From: Vicugna vicugna
Lineage: Eukaryota
Assembly (NCBI GenBank): GCA_013265495.1
Contig: PNXW01002911.1
Span: 1 to 35,206, forward strand
Direction: 5' to 3'
Length of the DNA: 35,206 bases
The translations under genes and the position numbers were made by a program. Shown here in pieces: positions 33,830-35,206 of this stretch (position 1 is the first letter of the stretch; each line of letters begins with the position of its first letter). Below the pieces are notes generated by a model, which had not been told where the DNA came from, did no database searches, and saw only the letters and a list, made by a program, of their open reading frames with translations.

Positions 33830-34430
33830 TAAAATCACCTTTAATTTATCATATGTATGTGCACATATGCACAGATATACTTTACTGTTTTATTTTATAA
33901 AACTTGGAGCTCAGGGTATGTTCTATTCTGAATCTTTTTTTCCCCCTTATTGTGTGATAAACATCTATTCTTTCCAACAATAAATTGAGAGTAAAGTCAT
34001 CTGGTCTAACATGGACATCTCATAACTTCTTCCGCCAGCATCCCTTACTGGAACGTGCGTCTATGCATATCTGTCCAGTTACAGCCCCATAAAAGTTCTG
34101 ATAATGCTGATGTGCATTGCCTAATGGCTCTTCAGAAAATTTGTGCCAATGGACGTGCCTACATTTCTCAGCTTTGGATAGGGATTTTTTTCCCTTCATT
34201 TTAAAAATCTTTTCAATTTGAGCCACAAAAGAGTATCTCGTTTTAATTTGTATTTTTTGACTTCTCGCGAGGTCAAACAATGGCAGGTTTATTGTATTTT
34301 TTCTTTTCTGAATCCTCATTCATGTCTTTGGCCTGTTTTCAGTCTAAAAGACCTTTTTAAATTTAGGTTTAGCAAATATGAAATCTCCATGTTTGTAGAT
34401 GAAAATGGTTGAGTAGCAGCAAGTTTACAT
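33830..34430 (-). mobile_element. Degraded old L1 fragment
   Basis: gtatctcgttttaatttgtattttttgac...tcttttctgaatcctcattcatgtctttggcctgttttc. Confidence 0.55.
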
Positions 34431-34928
34431 ATTTCAACATGATAGGGTAAAGAAGTTAGGACCTTTGCCTAGGTTCATGGCTTATAGTGCATATTTTTTC
34501 CCCTTTTTTCTGTTTGTTTTTGACTACACAGTGCTCTTGAATGCAAAAGGGGTTTAACTTTTTTAAAAGCCAACTCTGAGACTCTTTCACTTGGTGGTCA
34601 AGATGATGGAATTATTCTTTATGATTTCAAGGAAAAAAGATTCCAGATATCCTTGAACAGCAACCGGATGGGAATGTACAGAACGTGGAAGAGTTAGCAT
34701 CTTACAGGGCAGGATGATAGTGGAGAAAATCCAGCTAAGCAATTTGCCAGATCAGCGTTCTCTCCCTGTTGCCAGTGAGCAGAGAAATGTGCATATTATA
34801 GGATGCAAATATCCCAGAGAACATTAAGGACAGTAAAGGAATTCCAATCTGGGAACATGACAAGGCATTACTTAGAATTCAATGATTCATATTTCCATTT
34901 TTAAAACAAATGTTAATTCAAAAGGTCA

Positions 34929-35125
34929 CATTTTGCAGAATAGATAAACAAGATTATACGGTGTAGCACAGGGAAAAATATATAAGATCTTGTGGTAGCT
35001 CATAGTGAAAAAAAAGTGACAATGAATATATACATGTTCATGTATGACTGAAAAATTGTGCTCTACACTAGAATTTAACACAACATTGTAAAATAACTAT
35101 TACTCAATTAAAAAATGTAAAAAAA
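34929..35125 (+). mobile_element. 5'-truncated young L1 3' end (camelid-type)
   Basis: gtgtagcacaggg...acacaacattgtaaa...caattaaaaaa poly(A); TSD aat(t/g)caaaaggtca (34915-34928 / 35126-35139). Confidence 0.85.
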
Positions 35126-35206
35126 AATGCAAAAGGTCATGTTCATTACTAAAGGCTCTCCATTAATCCCTCTTCTTTAAACGGAGGAAATAAAAGAACA
35201 GAGCTC

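Overview
Mammalian genomic DNA, most likely a camelid (Vic-1-type tRNA SINE and camelid-type L1 3' ends). It is not prokaryotic, so most ORF-track entries are noise. (1) Bases 55-5693 hold a ~5.6-kb internally deleted class I (gamma-like) endogenous retrovirus on the minus strand: two LTRs, a tRNA-Thr PBS, a long structured leader that may contain a decayed pre-gag ORF, the Gag matrix domain joined in frame to the RT-thumb/RNase H/integrase part of Pol, an env reduced to its TM part, and a PPT. It has HERV-E/ERV3-like gag-pol with a W/FRD/RDR-type TM, GA>AA changes suggestive of APOBEC3 editing, and LTRs about 10% divergent. (2) Bases ~5.7-32 kb are AT-rich and repeat-dense (L2, MLT1, solo ERV1 LTRs, a 5'-inverted L1, Tigger1, MER5, MIR, HAL1-like, SINEs, a 188-bp tandem duplication). 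(3) Bases 32527-33120 carry two minus-strand exons of a collagen VI long chain, best matching COL6A4 (a 12-nt micro-exon and a C1 VWA exon). I could not find the expected downstream exons in the following 32 kb, which suggests 3' truncation or pseudogenisation. Repeat family names and protein matches come from recalled consensus sequences, not database searches, and old-repeat boundaries are approximate.
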